64,000 nucleotides of DNA, from NCBI GenBank assembly GCA_965263355.1, contig CBDHHL010000056.1:1568001-1632000 (forward strand). The letters run 5' to 3'. Position numbers and translations under genes: made by a program. This DNA is from Leptolyngbyaceae cyanobacterium. GTDB taxonomy: Bacteria > Cyanobacteriota > Cyanobacteriia > Phormidesmidales > Phormidesmidaceae. Shown here in pieces: positions 1 through 9,918 of the stretch (positions within the stretch are counted from its first letter, which is position 1; every line of letters starts with the position of its first letter). Under the pieces are notes generated by a model, which saw only the letters and a program-made list of their open reading frames with translations, was not told where the DNA came from and made no database searches.

Positions 1-17
1 GTAGCGAGATCAACGTA

Positions 18-332
18 ATGGCCTTAATCAAATTAAAACAGTACGAACTTAACGGCGGTGGCTGGCCCAACGGTGCTAACATTAGCTTTCGTTTCGTAAA
101 CCAACCTATCGGTCCAAATCTTGCATCTTCTCCCGTTAATCAGTGGGTTAACTGCCCAGGCAACTCACAGTTAAACTTTGTCCTGACTGGATTTCTGTGT
201 ATATACGTCAACGGTGCACATAGAGGAACCGCCGCTGGTTTTGTCGGACCTGCACCTACACCAAGACAAAATCTTCAGGCAGCTTTTAACACTATTTATG
301 GGATAGCTGATCTTAAATACGAGGTCCTCTAA
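18..332 (+). CDS. hypothetical protein (104 aa)
   Basis: ATG-initiated ORF co-oriented with the downstream exoprotein gene; no recognisable motif. Confidence 0.5.
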   Translation: MALIKLKQYELNGGGWPNGANISFRFVNQPIGPNLASSPVNQWVNCPGNSQLNFVLTGFLCIYVNGAHRGTAAGFVGPAPTPRQNLQAAFNTIYGIADLKYEVL

Positions 333-457
333 TGGTCTTCACACCAAAAAAGGGGAATGTATAGTTTTACAACCTACTGGCTACTGCCAGTTACTCGATG
401 GTGTGTCTGAGGAAAATCCTGATAGGGTAGGGAGTGTAGATGCCTTGATATGTACCT

Positions 458-2797
458 GTGCTCCCTAACCCATACGGATTGAAATACTGGCTTGCCGGTG
501 GACTTATCTTGTCTCACCTGGTACTCTCAGAGCCTGCGTCTAGTCAGATCAGACTCGATGGCACAACGCTGACAACGCTGACATCAGATCCTTTATCTTG
601 CACAAGTGCCACCTGCATCCAGGATGGTACAACAGAGCAAACGGGCACTAACCTATTCCACAGTTTTTTGGAATTCTCAGTTCCTGAGGGGGACACGGTC
701 TTTTTTGACCATGCCCCCAATATTAACAATATATTTGCTCGAGTTACTGGGAATGTACCATCTAATATTAATGGACTAATTCAGACCAACAGCTTTAGTG
801 ATGCAAATCTATTTCTGCTTAATCCCAATGGTATCTCGTTTGGGCCGAACGGCAGCTTAGATCTTGGTGGTTCATTTGTGGCCACCACAGCAGACGCCAT
901 CCAGTTTGGTGCCCAGGGAAACTTTAGTGCCCTTGATACTACCACTAATCCGGCCCTATTAACCGTTGCACCCTCCGCATTTTTGTTTGATCAGACAACA
1001 GTTGCCCCCATTGCCAATCAATCCAGTGCGTTTAGCCCAGCATCTTTTTTTCCTGGCCTAGCAGTTCGAGACAATCAGAGTTTGTTATTGGTTGGTGGCA
1101 ATATCATGTTAGAACCATCGCCAGGCAATAGATTTGGAGGAAATCTCAATGCTCCTAGTGGTCGAATTGAGCTGGGCGGCCTCAGAGGACCAGGAATCAT
1201 TGAATTGAACATAACTAGCAATGGTCTCAGTTTAGTCTATGAAGACAATGCATCACTGGCGAATGTATCCCTCAATGCAGCCAACTTGAATATATCGTCC
1301 AATGTTTTTAATGGCAACGCAGCAGGTGAAATTGTTATTACAGCCAACACTTTTTCTGCGTCAAGCAGCACTCTTGAGAGCTTTACATCTGTTGGTTTAG
1401 AAAATGCGGGTAATATTTTAATCCAAGCTAATGACGCTATCAACCTCCAACAAGGTACTACGATTTTAAGTGTTACTAAAGCTTCTGGGGCAGGGGGGAC
1501 AATAGAAATTTCTACCAGCAGTTTAACTGTAGAAGAGTCTTCTGGCCTGTCTGTAACTACATTTGGCGTAGGTAGTGCTGGACAAGTTCTAATAGACGCT
1601 GAAACAATAGCGCTTCGCGATAACAGTAATATTACCAGTGAAGCCTTATTCGGTAATCCTGGAACAATTCAAATTACCACTGATTCACTTATACTGGATG
1701 AATTTTCTCAGATATCAACACTAACCAGTGGTAATGCACTAAACGTAGATACCTCAGGTAATATAGCTATTGAAGCACGAGACTCTATTGCGTTACTCAA
1801 TAATAGTAATATTCAAAGCCAAACTCTTGGTCAGAGAAATGCTAGCCCCATTACATTAACCACCCCACAACTCACTGTCCAAGGTCTCTCTAATATCTCA
1901 GCAAGTACTAGCGGTACTGGTTCAGGTGGTCCTATCAACATCATTGCATCTGATGCAGTCACTTTGAGTAATGAAGGTGCCATCACTGCAAGCTCCACTG
2001 GCCCAGGCACTGCAGGCAATATCTCCATCCGCATCGACGGTCAACTCCGAGTAGAAGACCAAGCTCAAATCACCGTTAGCGGCACTGGCAGTGGCAATAG
2101 CGGTACCCTAAACGTAATTAGTGATCTTGTTGTCCTTAATGACGGTCAACTGCTCGCTTCTGTAGCAGCAGGCGAAGACGGCAACATCAACCTAAACATT
2201 GACGATGCCCTTATCCTCCGCAACGACAGCCTCATCTCCGCCGAAGCCAACAACAACGCCAATGGCGGTAACGTCGACATCACCTCCCCCTTTATTATTG
2301 CCCTTTTCCCCGACGGTCCCAACGGCAACGACATCAAAGCCAGTGCCGACGCAGGTAACGGCGGTCTTATCTCCATCCAGGCCAACACCCTCTTTAATCT
2401 CGCCATCAACCAGGCTATCCCAGGCAACCAAACCAACGACCTCGACGCCACCTCAGGCACCGGCATCGACGGCGACGTCATCATCACCACCCTGGACCTT
2501 GAGCCAGACCAAGGCACCAATCCATTACCCAGCGGCCTAACCGTCCCCGAAATCAGCCAGGGCTGTCAAGCAGGCAACAACGGCCAATTTGTCGCGACTG
2601 GCCAGGGTGGTCTCTCCGCCAACCCCTACGCCCCCCTCAGCAACAACGGCATCCAAGCCGACATCTACCCCGCCAATCAAACCATCGCTCATCAGCCCAC
2701 CCCCCATCTAGTCGAAGCCCAACAGTGGATCCGAAACCCCCAAGGCAATGTTGTATTACTAGCCGCAAACACTGCGTCTCACATCAGTTGTCAGTAA
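458..2797 (+). CDS. filamentous haemagglutinin N-terminal domain exoprotein (TpsA-like, beta-helix)
   Basis: Signal-peptide-like N-terminus; NLFHSF..F, NIFARVTG, NLFLLNPNGI.FG haemagglutination-domain motifs; G.(A/G)G.I.I repeats; cyanobacterial C-terminus LVEAQQW.RN.QG.VVL. Confidence 0.9.
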   Translation: MLPNPYGLKYWLAGGLILSHLVLSEPASSQIRLDGTTLTTLTSDPLSCTSATCIQDGTTEQTGTNLFHSFLEFSVPEGDTVFFDHAPNINNIFARVTGNVPSNINGLIQTNSFSDANLFLLNPNGISFGPNGSLDLGGSFVATTADAIQFGAQGNFSALDTTTNPALLTVAPSAFLFDQTTVAPIANQSSAFSPASFFPGLAVRDNQSLLLVGGNIMLEPSPGNRFGGNLNAPSGRIELGGLRGPGIIELNITSNGLSLVYEDNASLANVSLNAANLNISSNVFNGNAAGEIVITANTFSASSSTLESFTSVGLENAGNILIQANDAINLQQGTTILSVTKASGAGGTIEISTSSLTVEESSGLSVTTFGVGSAGQVLIDAETIALRDNSNITSEALFGNPGTIQITTDSLILDEFSQISTLTSGNALNVDTSGNIAIEARDSIALLNNSNIQSQTLGQRNASPITLTTPQLTVQGLSNISASTSGTGSGGPINIIASDAVTLSNEGAITASSTGPGTAGNISIRIDGQLRVEDQAQITVSGTGSGNSGTLNVISDLVVLNDGQLLASVAAGEDGNINLNIDDALILRNDSLISAEANNNANGGNVDITSPFIIALFPDGPNGNDIKASADAGNGGLISIQANTLFNLAINQAIPGNQTNDLDATSGTGIDGDVIITTLDLEPDQGTNPLPSGLTVPEISQGCQAGNNGQFVATGQGGLSANPYAPLSNNGIQADIYPANQTIAHQPTPHLVEAQQWIRNPQGNVVLLAANTASHISCQ

Positions 2798-2838
2798 ATG
2801 GTGAGTAGGAAGCTAACCTCAAAAACCTTTTCCTCAAG

Positions 2839-2983
2839 GGCTACTGTGTACACACAGCTTGAGCTGACGTTCACAAGCCTGCAATCCTGCCTGTGTCTTC
2901 CCCGAGCAGATTCGTAACCTGTTGAACTTAACTGCAGCAATGCCTTTTTGGGAAAAATCTTCCAAAATATATATGTAGTAGCC
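2839..2983. mobile_element. possible degenerate MITE (CTAC.GTGTACACACA-type ends)
   Basis: Left end ggctactgtgtacacaca resembles the terminal repeat at 17033; right end aatatatatgtagtagcc is a decayed inverse. Confidence 0.35.
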
Positions 2984-3052
2984 AAAAAGTCGGGCCTAAA
3001 TCGGTATAGTTTGTTTAAGGAAATGTCTAGACAAATGACAGCTGAGTAAACT

Positions 3053-5719
3053 ATGCAGCCCCCATTTCTCAAAAAACGCCACCGTCGCTATCTAATCCTG
3101 GTACTCGGAGCATTACTCAGCTTTATCATTGTCTTGGGTCTGCCTGCTATAGTTCACTATCCGGTAAAGGCCCAGCCCGTTACCATTGCCCAATCTAATG
3201 AGCAAACCCCACTCCACCAAGGCATCCAGGCCTACGAAGCAGGACAGTATACCGAGGCCATCCACAGTTGGGAACAAGCCCTACAAAACAACCAACGGAC
3301 CCCAGACACCCTTACCCAGGCTCTACTCCTAAGCAACCTGTCCCTGGCCCATCAACAGCTGGGCCAATGGTCTCAAGCCACTGAAACCCTCGCCAGCAGC
3401 CTGAAACTGCTGGCTACGCCTACCGACACCCCTGGTTACTCAGAAACCCTGGCCAAAGCCCTCAATACCCAGGGCCGTTTACACTGGGAACAGGGTAATA
3501 CTGAGGCTGCCCTGAATGTCTGGCGTGAAGCCACTACAGCCTACCGTCAAGCAGGCCATGACTGGGGCATTTTACTCAGCCTAATCAATCAGGCCAAGGC
3601 CCTCCAGACTTTAGGCTTCCATGTCCAAGCTAAAACCCTGCTCGAAGACGACATCGTTCAACTGCTGCAAACTGCCCCCCTGGATGACAGGGCACAAGCG
3701 ACGGGCTTCTGGTATTTAGGCAATGCCCAACGCCAGTTTGGGAACCTGAAACTATCACGTACCAACCTGGAGAGAAGCCTGGACATTGCCCAAGATGCAA
3801 ATCTTACCGACCTGATGTCTGCAGTCGGGCTGGAGCTGGGCAATACCGAACGCGCCCTATATAAACGCGCCCAGGCCATTGGTAAACGCCAGGATGCATT
3901 AACCCATAAAGACGCTGCCCTGAATGCGTATCAGACGGTGGCCATGATGCCAGTCTCTGACAACCAGCTGCAAGCAAAGCTTAACTGGCTGAGTTTTGCC
4001 ATTGACCTTGAAGACTGGTCCATGGCCCAGACAGTCTGGCCAGATCTCACGGCTACGATTACTCAACTCTCCCCTAGCCGCAGTCATATTTATGCTCAAC
4101 TAAACTTTGCAAAAAGTCTCACTAAAGTTCTGCAGGCCCCGCCAAACTGGCAGAAAAGTCAACCATCAACTCTCTCGTGGCAGGCCATTGATACCATTTT
4201 AGTCACTGCCACTCAACAGGCCCGCACCTTGGATGACACCATTGCAGAATCCTATGGTATTGGTCAACGGGGCGAACTGTATGAAATTATGCATCAATGG
4301 TCAAAGGCTGAGGCGTTTACCCAACAAGCTCTCTGGCTTACTAATGAGACTCAAGATCTAGATGGTCGCTATCGGTGGGAATGGCAACAGGGACGGTTAC
4401 TCAAAGCCCAAGGCAAACAAGCGGAGGCGATTACGGCCTACGATGCAGCTGTCAAAACCTTAGAAAAGGTGCGTAAAAATCTGCTGTTTATTGATGCCGA
4501 GGTGCAGTTTTCATTTCGGGATAACGTTGAGCCGATTTATCGGCAGCTAGTGGAGCTGATTCTCAGTAATGAAAATCCAGATGATCCCAACCAAGGGAAT
4601 TTAGATAAGGCAATCCAGCAGATTGATAGTTTACAGCTGAGTGAGCTAGAAAATTTTCTCCAGTGCGATCTCTCAAAAACAACGGCTATTAGTCAGTTTC
4701 AGGCGGATGAGAAAACGGCTATTCTCTATCCGATGATTCTTGAGGAGCAGTTGACGGTGATTTTGCAGCTGCCAAATGTAGAGAAAACATTTTCTGTGGT
4801 GGATATTCCAAAGACAGAGGTGGAAGAGACTTTAAAGGAACTGCGCAAAAATTTAAGTAAATCACAGAGCCTTACCCCTGAGGTAATTGCAGATGCTAAA
4901 AAGGTCTATAACTGGTTGATTCGTCCCTTTGAGCAACCCCTGGCGCAACAATCTGAGATTGATACCGTGGTGTTTGTCTTGGATGGGGCGCTGAGAAATG
5001 TTCCCATGGCGGTGTTGCATGATGGTGAGCAATATTTGGTTGAAAACTATGCGATCGCAATTGCCCCCGAACTCGAACTCTTTACCCCCCAACCGTTTTC
5101 CCAAGACCTCACTGTCTTTACGGGTGGGGTGGGCAGCTCACAACAAATCGAAGAACGAAATTTTCCGTCCATCGCCAAGCTAGACGACGAACTCGACGTC
5201 ATCAGTGAACTTTTTGGGCCACTGCCTCCCCTCACCGATGAACACTTTCAGCCAGCTGCTCTGGAGCAGCAGCTGAGCACTGGCCAGTTCTCTGGCATTC
5301 ATATTAAAACCCACGGTGAGTTTAGCTCAGATCCCGAGGAAACGTTTATTGTCGCTTACGAAACGCTGATCCGGGGTCAAGAACTGGGGACCCTGATCCA
5401 ATCCGCCAGTTTACAAGGCGAAACTCCGATCGAACTACTGGTTTTGAGCGCCTGTTCAACCGCAACTGGCGATAGCCGAGCCATTCTAGGCTTAGCGGGC
5501 ATTGCCGTACGGGCAGGGGCCAGAAGTACGGTTTCCACCCTCTGGGACGCCCGAGATATACCTAATACAGAACTGATGATCCGCTTTTATGAGGAGCTAA
5601 AAAAAACTGACACTAGCCGTGCCCAGGCATTACAAAAAGCGCAGCTATTTTTAATCAACCGAGGTTATAAAGCCCCCCATATTTGGGCAACGTATGTGTT
5701 GGTTGGCAATTGGCGGTAG
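3053..5719 (+). CDS. TPR + CHAT (caspase/HetF-like) domain protein
   Basis: N-terminal hydrophobic segment, TPR-like helices, CHAT dyad motifs IHIKTHG and LVLSACSTA, C-terminal HIWATYVLVGNW. Confidence 0.93.
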   Translation: MQPPFLKKRHRRYLILVLGALLSFIIVLGLPAIVHYPVKAQPVTIAQSNEQTPLHQGIQAYEAGQYTEAIHSWEQALQNNQRTPDTLTQALLLSNLSLAHQQLGQWSQATETLASSLKLLATPTDTPGYSETLAKALNTQGRLHWEQGNTEAALNVWREATTAYRQAGHDWGILLSLINQAKALQTLGFHVQAKTLLEDDIVQLLQTAPLDDRAQATGFWYLGNAQRQFGNLKLSRTNLERSLDIAQDANLTDLMSAVGLELGNTERALYKRAQAIGKRQDALTHKDAALNAYQTVAMMPVSDNQLQAKLNWLSFAIDLEDWSMAQTVWPDLTATITQLSPSRSHIYAQLNFAKSLTKVLQAPPNWQKSQPSTLSWQAIDTILVTATQQARTLDDTIAESYGIGQRGELYEIMHQWSKAEAFTQQALWLTNETQDLDGRYRWEWQQGRLLKAQGKQAEAITAYDAAVKTLEKVRKNLLFIDAEVQFSFRDNVEPIYRQLVELILSNENPDDPNQGNLDKAIQQIDSLQLSELENFLQCDLSKTTAISQFQADEKTAILYPMILEEQLTVILQLPNVEKTFSVVDIPKTEVEETLKELRKNLSKSQSLTPEVIADAKKVYNWLIRPFEQPLAQQSEIDTVVFVLDGALRNVPMAVLHDGEQYLVENYAIAIAPELELFTPQPFSQDLTVFTGGVGSSQQIEERNFPSIAKLDDELDVISELFGPLPPLTDEHFQPAALEQQLSTGQFSGIHIKTHGEFSSDPEETFIVAYETLIRGQELGTLIQSASLQGETPIELLVLSACSTATGDSRAILGLAGIAVRAGARSTVSTLWDARDIPNTELMIRFYEELKKTDTSRAQALQKAQLFLINRGYKAPHIWATYVLVGNWR

Positions 5720-5735
5720 TTTGCCCACCTTACCG

Positions 5736-6137
5736 TCAAGCAACTTGACTGGTTGTTTCTAGAGAATCATCAAAAAGTAACGGATCGATATCCTGACTTC
5801 TATCACGTTGACGAAAAACATCCAGTAGTTGAAAAAAGTGATCAAATGCGTTGACATCATCAACATATTTGAAGAGCAATATTTTGTCCCAGCTATTAGT
5901 GGTTTGGATATTGAAATATCTCTGAAGCCAAGGCTGAAATTCTTGATAAAAATCTAACTCTATTTCCGTGGGCAAAATTTTCATTTCCTGGCGGGCAAAT
6001 TTATAACCGACCAAAAAGTGACGTAATGCTGTTACCGAAGAACTCCCTATGTATAGACCTGGTTTCTGATGAATTTTTTCTAAGAGTTCAAATATGTTGT
6101 TGTTACCCATGTCCATACATCCTACCTCAATTACCAA
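5736..6137 (-). CDS. hypothetical protein, candidate immunity protein
   Basis: Overlaps the stop of the papain-fold toxin ORF; LLEKI..KPGLYIG..S...L..FL.GY pattern; start may be one of the downstream Mets. Confidence 0.65.
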   Translation of the reverse strand: MVIEVGCMDMGNNNIFELLEKIHQKPGLYIGSSSVTALRHFLVGYKFARQEMKILPTEIELDFYQEFQPWLQRYFNIQTTNSWDKILLFKYVDDVNAFDHFFQLLDVFRQRDRSQDIDPLLFDDSLETTSQVA

Positions 6138-6574
6138 CTATCCAATTCGCTCAAGAGAAATTGGCCACTATGACATTGAAAGTCTTGTATCCAACTATCC
6201 CGAGGTTGACCTTTTTCTGACAGGTTATCGAATACTTGGCCACATACTTCCACCCCAACATGTTGGCCATTGATAGTAATAGATTCGTTGATGCCAAGCT
6301 TTTCAAGGCGAGCACTGAGAATATAGTCTTCACCATATCGAGTTTTGAGCTTAAGTACCTTGCCTGAGATACCTTGCTGACGTAACCATATACGAATAGC
6401 TTTGGCACAGTCGATGCATTCTAGAATATTAAACTGACGTGTGATTTGCCCAACTTTTTGATAAATCTCCTCGTCTGTCCAATTCTTCAAAGGCTTACTA
6501 ATAGGCTCATCCCCAGATATGGTAGGCAATTCAATTATAGCGGTGGGATGGGTGAGCAGCTCTGCCCACCCCAT
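6131..6574 (-). CDS. papain-fold toxin 2 (Tox-PL-2)-like protein
   Basis: C.DCA.AI, SITING.H.GVEV and VFDN motifs give a Cys-His-Asp triad. Confidence 0.75.
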   Translation of the reverse strand: MGWAELLTHPTAIIELPTISGDEPISKPLKNWTDEEIYQKVGQITRQFNILECIDCAKAIRIWLRQQGISGKVLKLKTRYGEDYILSARLEKLGINESITINGQHVGVEVCGQVFDNLSEKGQPRDSWIQDFQCHSGQFLLSELDSW

Positions 6575-6596
6575 GGATGGATTGGTTCTTTAGCTC

Positions 6597-7409
6597 TTAC
6601 CCGTTTGTCAACATCACCGGGCCGACAACCGGTGCTTCAGTCAACTCACACAGTTCAACGGACTTTAGTAACTCAGTCCAGGTTTCTCTCAGATCATCAG
6701 AGGCCGTGACCGTTTGCAGCTGCTTAGCAACCCCATCAACCATGTCGTACCAGATCTCTGGCGATGGATAATCCTGGGGGGCTGATGCCACTCGCTCCAC
6801 CCAGCCATCAATCTCTAAATTAGATTCAGTCCCATCACTCGATACACAGGATAAGGTCAAATACCAATGATAATATTGGCCCACTTCTAGCTCTCTGGCT
6901 TCATCGGCTGGCAACGTGATACTGACAAAACCTGGTTGGTTAGGCAGGTCAAACGAGGTCTTATAAATGTGCTCATCTTCGGCCTGATTCAGGATGGAAA
7001 ATTCGCCCAGCTTTACTTCATCGGCTGTGTAGGGCATATAAAACCAAAATGTGGGATGTCCCGATAAAGTTTTACCTTGCACATTGACAGGGGTCACAGC
7101 GGTCAGATTCTGGGATTTGGCAGGGCATATAGCCAACTCTTCACTCAGCGCCCCCCCTGGCTGTCGATTGCCATCAGGGGGAGGGGTTGTGGGCTGCTCG
7201 GGAAGTGGCTCTTGCTTTAGGGTGCCCGCTGGTACTCGGGGGCCATTGTCAGGGATCGGTGTAGCGGGAGGAGCAGGGAGCGATTCCTTCTGACCACGAC
7301 CATTATTAGTCGGGTTGGGAATCGCTAACGCCAGGGGCATTAATGCCATTTGGCTGATCAATAGTGCCAACGTAAAACTGATGGGGGCTAAACGGTTTTG
7401 AGATCGCAT
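6597..7409 (-). CDS. DUF928 domain protein
   Basis: Signal peptide, Pro-rich linker, G.TLS.HPTFWFY.PY, Y.W...L.C, IWYD motifs. Confidence 0.88.
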   Translation of the reverse strand: MRSQNRLAPISFTLALLISQMALMPLALAIPNPTNNGRGQKESLPAPPATPIPDNGPRVPAGTLKQEPLPEQPTTPPPDGNRQPGGALSEELAICPAKSQNLTAVTPVNVQGKTLSGHPTFWFYMPYTADEVKLGEFSILNQAEDEHIYKTSFDLPNQPGFVSITLPADEARELEVGQYYHWYLTLSCVSSDGTESNLEIDGWVERVASAPQDYPSPEIWYDMVDGVAKQLQTVTASDDLRETWTELLKSVELCELTEAPVVGPVMLTNG

Positions 7410-7411
7410 TG

Positions 7412-9898
7412 CTAACTTCCTCTCAATTCAGAACGTTTCCAGGCCAAGCGATTTACCAGTGGTTCAGTCATAATTCGCACGTAACCATACTTATACGCTA
7501 ATAAAATTCCAACGGTTCCCACTAATGCGAGTAAGGCCGGGACAAATGGCACCCATACCCCCTGCACTAGCATCACAAGACAAATCTGACGTAGGCCCAG
7601 GATAATAACAACTCCCACACCGACAACAACAATTACTGAACGAACACGCCAGACAAGCAGCCCTCCAACCATAGCCCACCCCAATATCCATAGCATATCG
7701 CCCCATTGCCACTGACCTAATTGGGGCAATGCCGAGATCAGAGGGCGGTCGTCCAAAACAGCCCCCAGCACCTGACTGATCCCATGGGCATGAATCCATA
7801 CCCCAGGCAATTCCCCATAGGGGGTATCACGATAATCATTGCCAATGGGATCGGTAACCCCGATAAGGACAATGCGATCGCGAATAATGCCGTCGTCAAT
7901 CTGCCCTTCTAACAAGTCAGTCAGACTAATGCGCTGGGCAGGCTGGGGGGTAAAGCGATAATTCAACAGAATTTGGCTGCTTTGACCATCCAACTGTTGA
8001 TAGCCAACCGTACGTTTTGCTAGGCGATTAAACGTCACTGGGCCCAACTGCCAATTTTGCTCTGCATTACTATTGAGCGTTTGCCCCCCTTCTGCCCTGA
8101 GATACCGCAGGGCCAGATTTAAACTCAAACTGTAGGGTGTAGAACAGTCCGATGAAACAGGCCCCAAATGAGGATCGTAGGAAAGGAGATGGCGACGCAC
8201 GATGGAACGCCCCGGATGAAACCGGTCATCGGTTTCTAAATCACTAAACCCAACCTGTTGTTGCGCCTGCTCAGAAGAAAACTCAGGCGGATGTCCCAGA
8301 ATCTCTCGATCATCTTGATCAAAGGAACAAACTGTCACTATGTTGGGTGATTTCTCAAATTGCTCCAGCAGGTCTGACCGTCCTGGTGCATTCACCTGGT
8401 AGCGGTGCATATCCACCCCAATTGCTCTTGGTTGACCCTGTTGGAGTCTCTCTAAGACTTCTGCCAAGGTAGCATCCCTGATCGGATAACCATAATTATC
8501 CGTATCATCTTGACCGATTTCTACCATCAGCAAGCGCTGATCAATCTGGGGCTGTTCCCAGTTAACAGGGCGAGAACGGACTAAGTGGTCATAGTTCCGG
8601 AGTTCTGGTCCCTGTAACAGCCCTAAAGTTCTCACCCCGACAATGGAAAGAGTAACCGCCACACTTGTTATCAGCAGATGACGTAAGTTAACAATAGACG
8701 GTCGAGGAATAGGAGGCGCAGGTGGTGGTGGCACTACCGGTCGCCGTTGACCGACCACCGACAGCGGCGGTCGATGCAGCGGCTCCGATGTCTTTGCCCA
8801 TGTAATCGGAACTTCGGTTGGATTTTGAAAAATAACTGGTAACCAGCTGGCACCAGGGTATTGGCTATCTAACCCCTGAAGTTTTTCCCTGGCGGATCTG
8901 ACGGCTGTATAAAATGGCTCGCCACGGGAGAAAATCTGCAAAAAGCTCTGTAAGAAGTGATGGGCCACAGGATCCACCACCGGCTCTCTCATCACAATCA
9001 TCTGAGGAAAATTGAGCGCCGTTAAGTCCCGCGCAATTTCCATGCCATCACATGAATTAAAAATAGCGAGTTTTAAGCCTCGGTTGATCGATGCTTTGAG
9101 GGCATGTCTCAACTGATCAACCGATAATTGTTCATCCGGATTTAGAAACAGCTGCCCCCTGAGTTTTCCGCCTATGTCTACGGCCTGACTCGTACTATGC
9201 CCAGCAAAAAAGAGAATATCCCAGCCTTTTTCATCCCATAGATAACGATCTAATTCTGCACGCTTTGGTTCTTTAAGAACAACCGTTTCAGCATCTGCAT
9301 CTTCGATCATTAACCGATCGAGTTGGGTATTAATCCCCTCACTATGGCCCAAAACAACTAAAATCCGCATTGGTCCCACTGTTCTCACAGGCAATGCATG
9401 GGACCGCTCATAGTCCTGCGCACTTAGGGCCATTTCCGCTTTGGGATAATGTTCAAAAAACTGCCAAAGATGCCAGGGCAGCTTTTGTAACAGGGGATCC
9501 TCAGTTTCAATGATGACCCGAATACTCTCGTTAGGGACCAGTTGCGTACGTAACTGCTGGTCAATATTACGAAACCCGGCTGAGTTTAGCCAATGATCGA
9601 TTTCCTCTTTGAGTTGCTCACACAGCTTACGAAATTCAGCCCTGGAAATATTTGTCAGGGCATCTGTTTCAAATTCGATGGTGCTAGCCGCAGACATGCG
9701 ATAACCAAAGGGATTATTAAGGGCTTCGTACAACGATTGCCACCGTTGATAAAGCTTAACCAGTCGTTCTGCAACAGGCAACGTTCCACCATACTGGAGC
9801 GGAACTTGACTATCTTCTAGCCAAAGCCGCACAACAACATTATTTAAGCCGACCTGGCAATTTCCTGCACCTAAGTTTAAGACGACAAGTGGATTCAT
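7412..9898 (-). CDS. CHAT + CHASE2 domain membrane protein
   Basis: LFFAGHS and IFNSCDG dyad; TM helix; CHASE2 motifs PRAIGVD, IVLIG, PGVWIHAH; three C-terminal TM helices. Confidence 0.92.
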   Translation of the reverse strand: MNPLVVLNLGAGNCQVGLNNVVVRLWLEDSQVPLQYGGTLPVAERLVKLYQRWQSLYEALNNPFGYRMSAASTIEFETDALTNISRAEFRKLCEQLKEEIDHWLNSAGFRNIDQQLRTQLVPNESIRVIIETEDPLLQKLPWHLWQFFEHYPKAEMALSAQDYERSHALPVRTVGPMRILVVLGHSEGINTQLDRLMIEDADAETVVLKEPKRAELDRYLWDEKGWDILFFAGHSTSQAVDIGGKLRGQLFLNPDEQLSVDQLRHALKASINRGLKLAIFNSCDGMEIARDLTALNFPQMIVMREPVVDPVAHHFLQSFLQIFSRGEPFYTAVRSAREKLQGLDSQYPGASWLPVIFQNPTEVPITWAKTSEPLHRPPLSVVGQRRPVVPPPPAPPIPRPSIVNLRHLLITSVAVTLSIVGVRTLGLLQGPELRNYDHLVRSRPVNWEQPQIDQRLLMVEIGQDDTDNYGYPIRDATLAEVLERLQQGQPRAIGVDMHRYQVNAPGRSDLLEQFEKSPNIVTVCSFDQDDREILGHPPEFSSEQAQQQVGFSDLETDDRFHPGRSIVRRHLLSYDPHLGPVSSDCSTPYSLSLNLALRYLRAEGGQTLNSNAEQNWQLGPVTFNRLAKRTVGYQQLDGQSSQILLNYRFTPQPAQRISLTDLLEGQIDDGIIRDRIVLIGVTDPIGNDYRDTPYGELPGVWIHAHGISQVLGAVLDDRPLISALPQLGQWQWGDMLWILGWAMVGGLLVWRVRSVIVVVGVGVVIILGLRQICLVMLVQGVWVPFVPALLALVGTVGILLAYKYGYVRIMTEPLVNRLAWKRSELRGS

Positions 9899-9918
9899 GG
9901 GGGCATCTTAGAGCATCG

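Noticed and set aside
2146..2540. Several overlapping alternative-frame ORFs
   Set aside because: By-products of biased codon usage in the haemagglutinin-like gene
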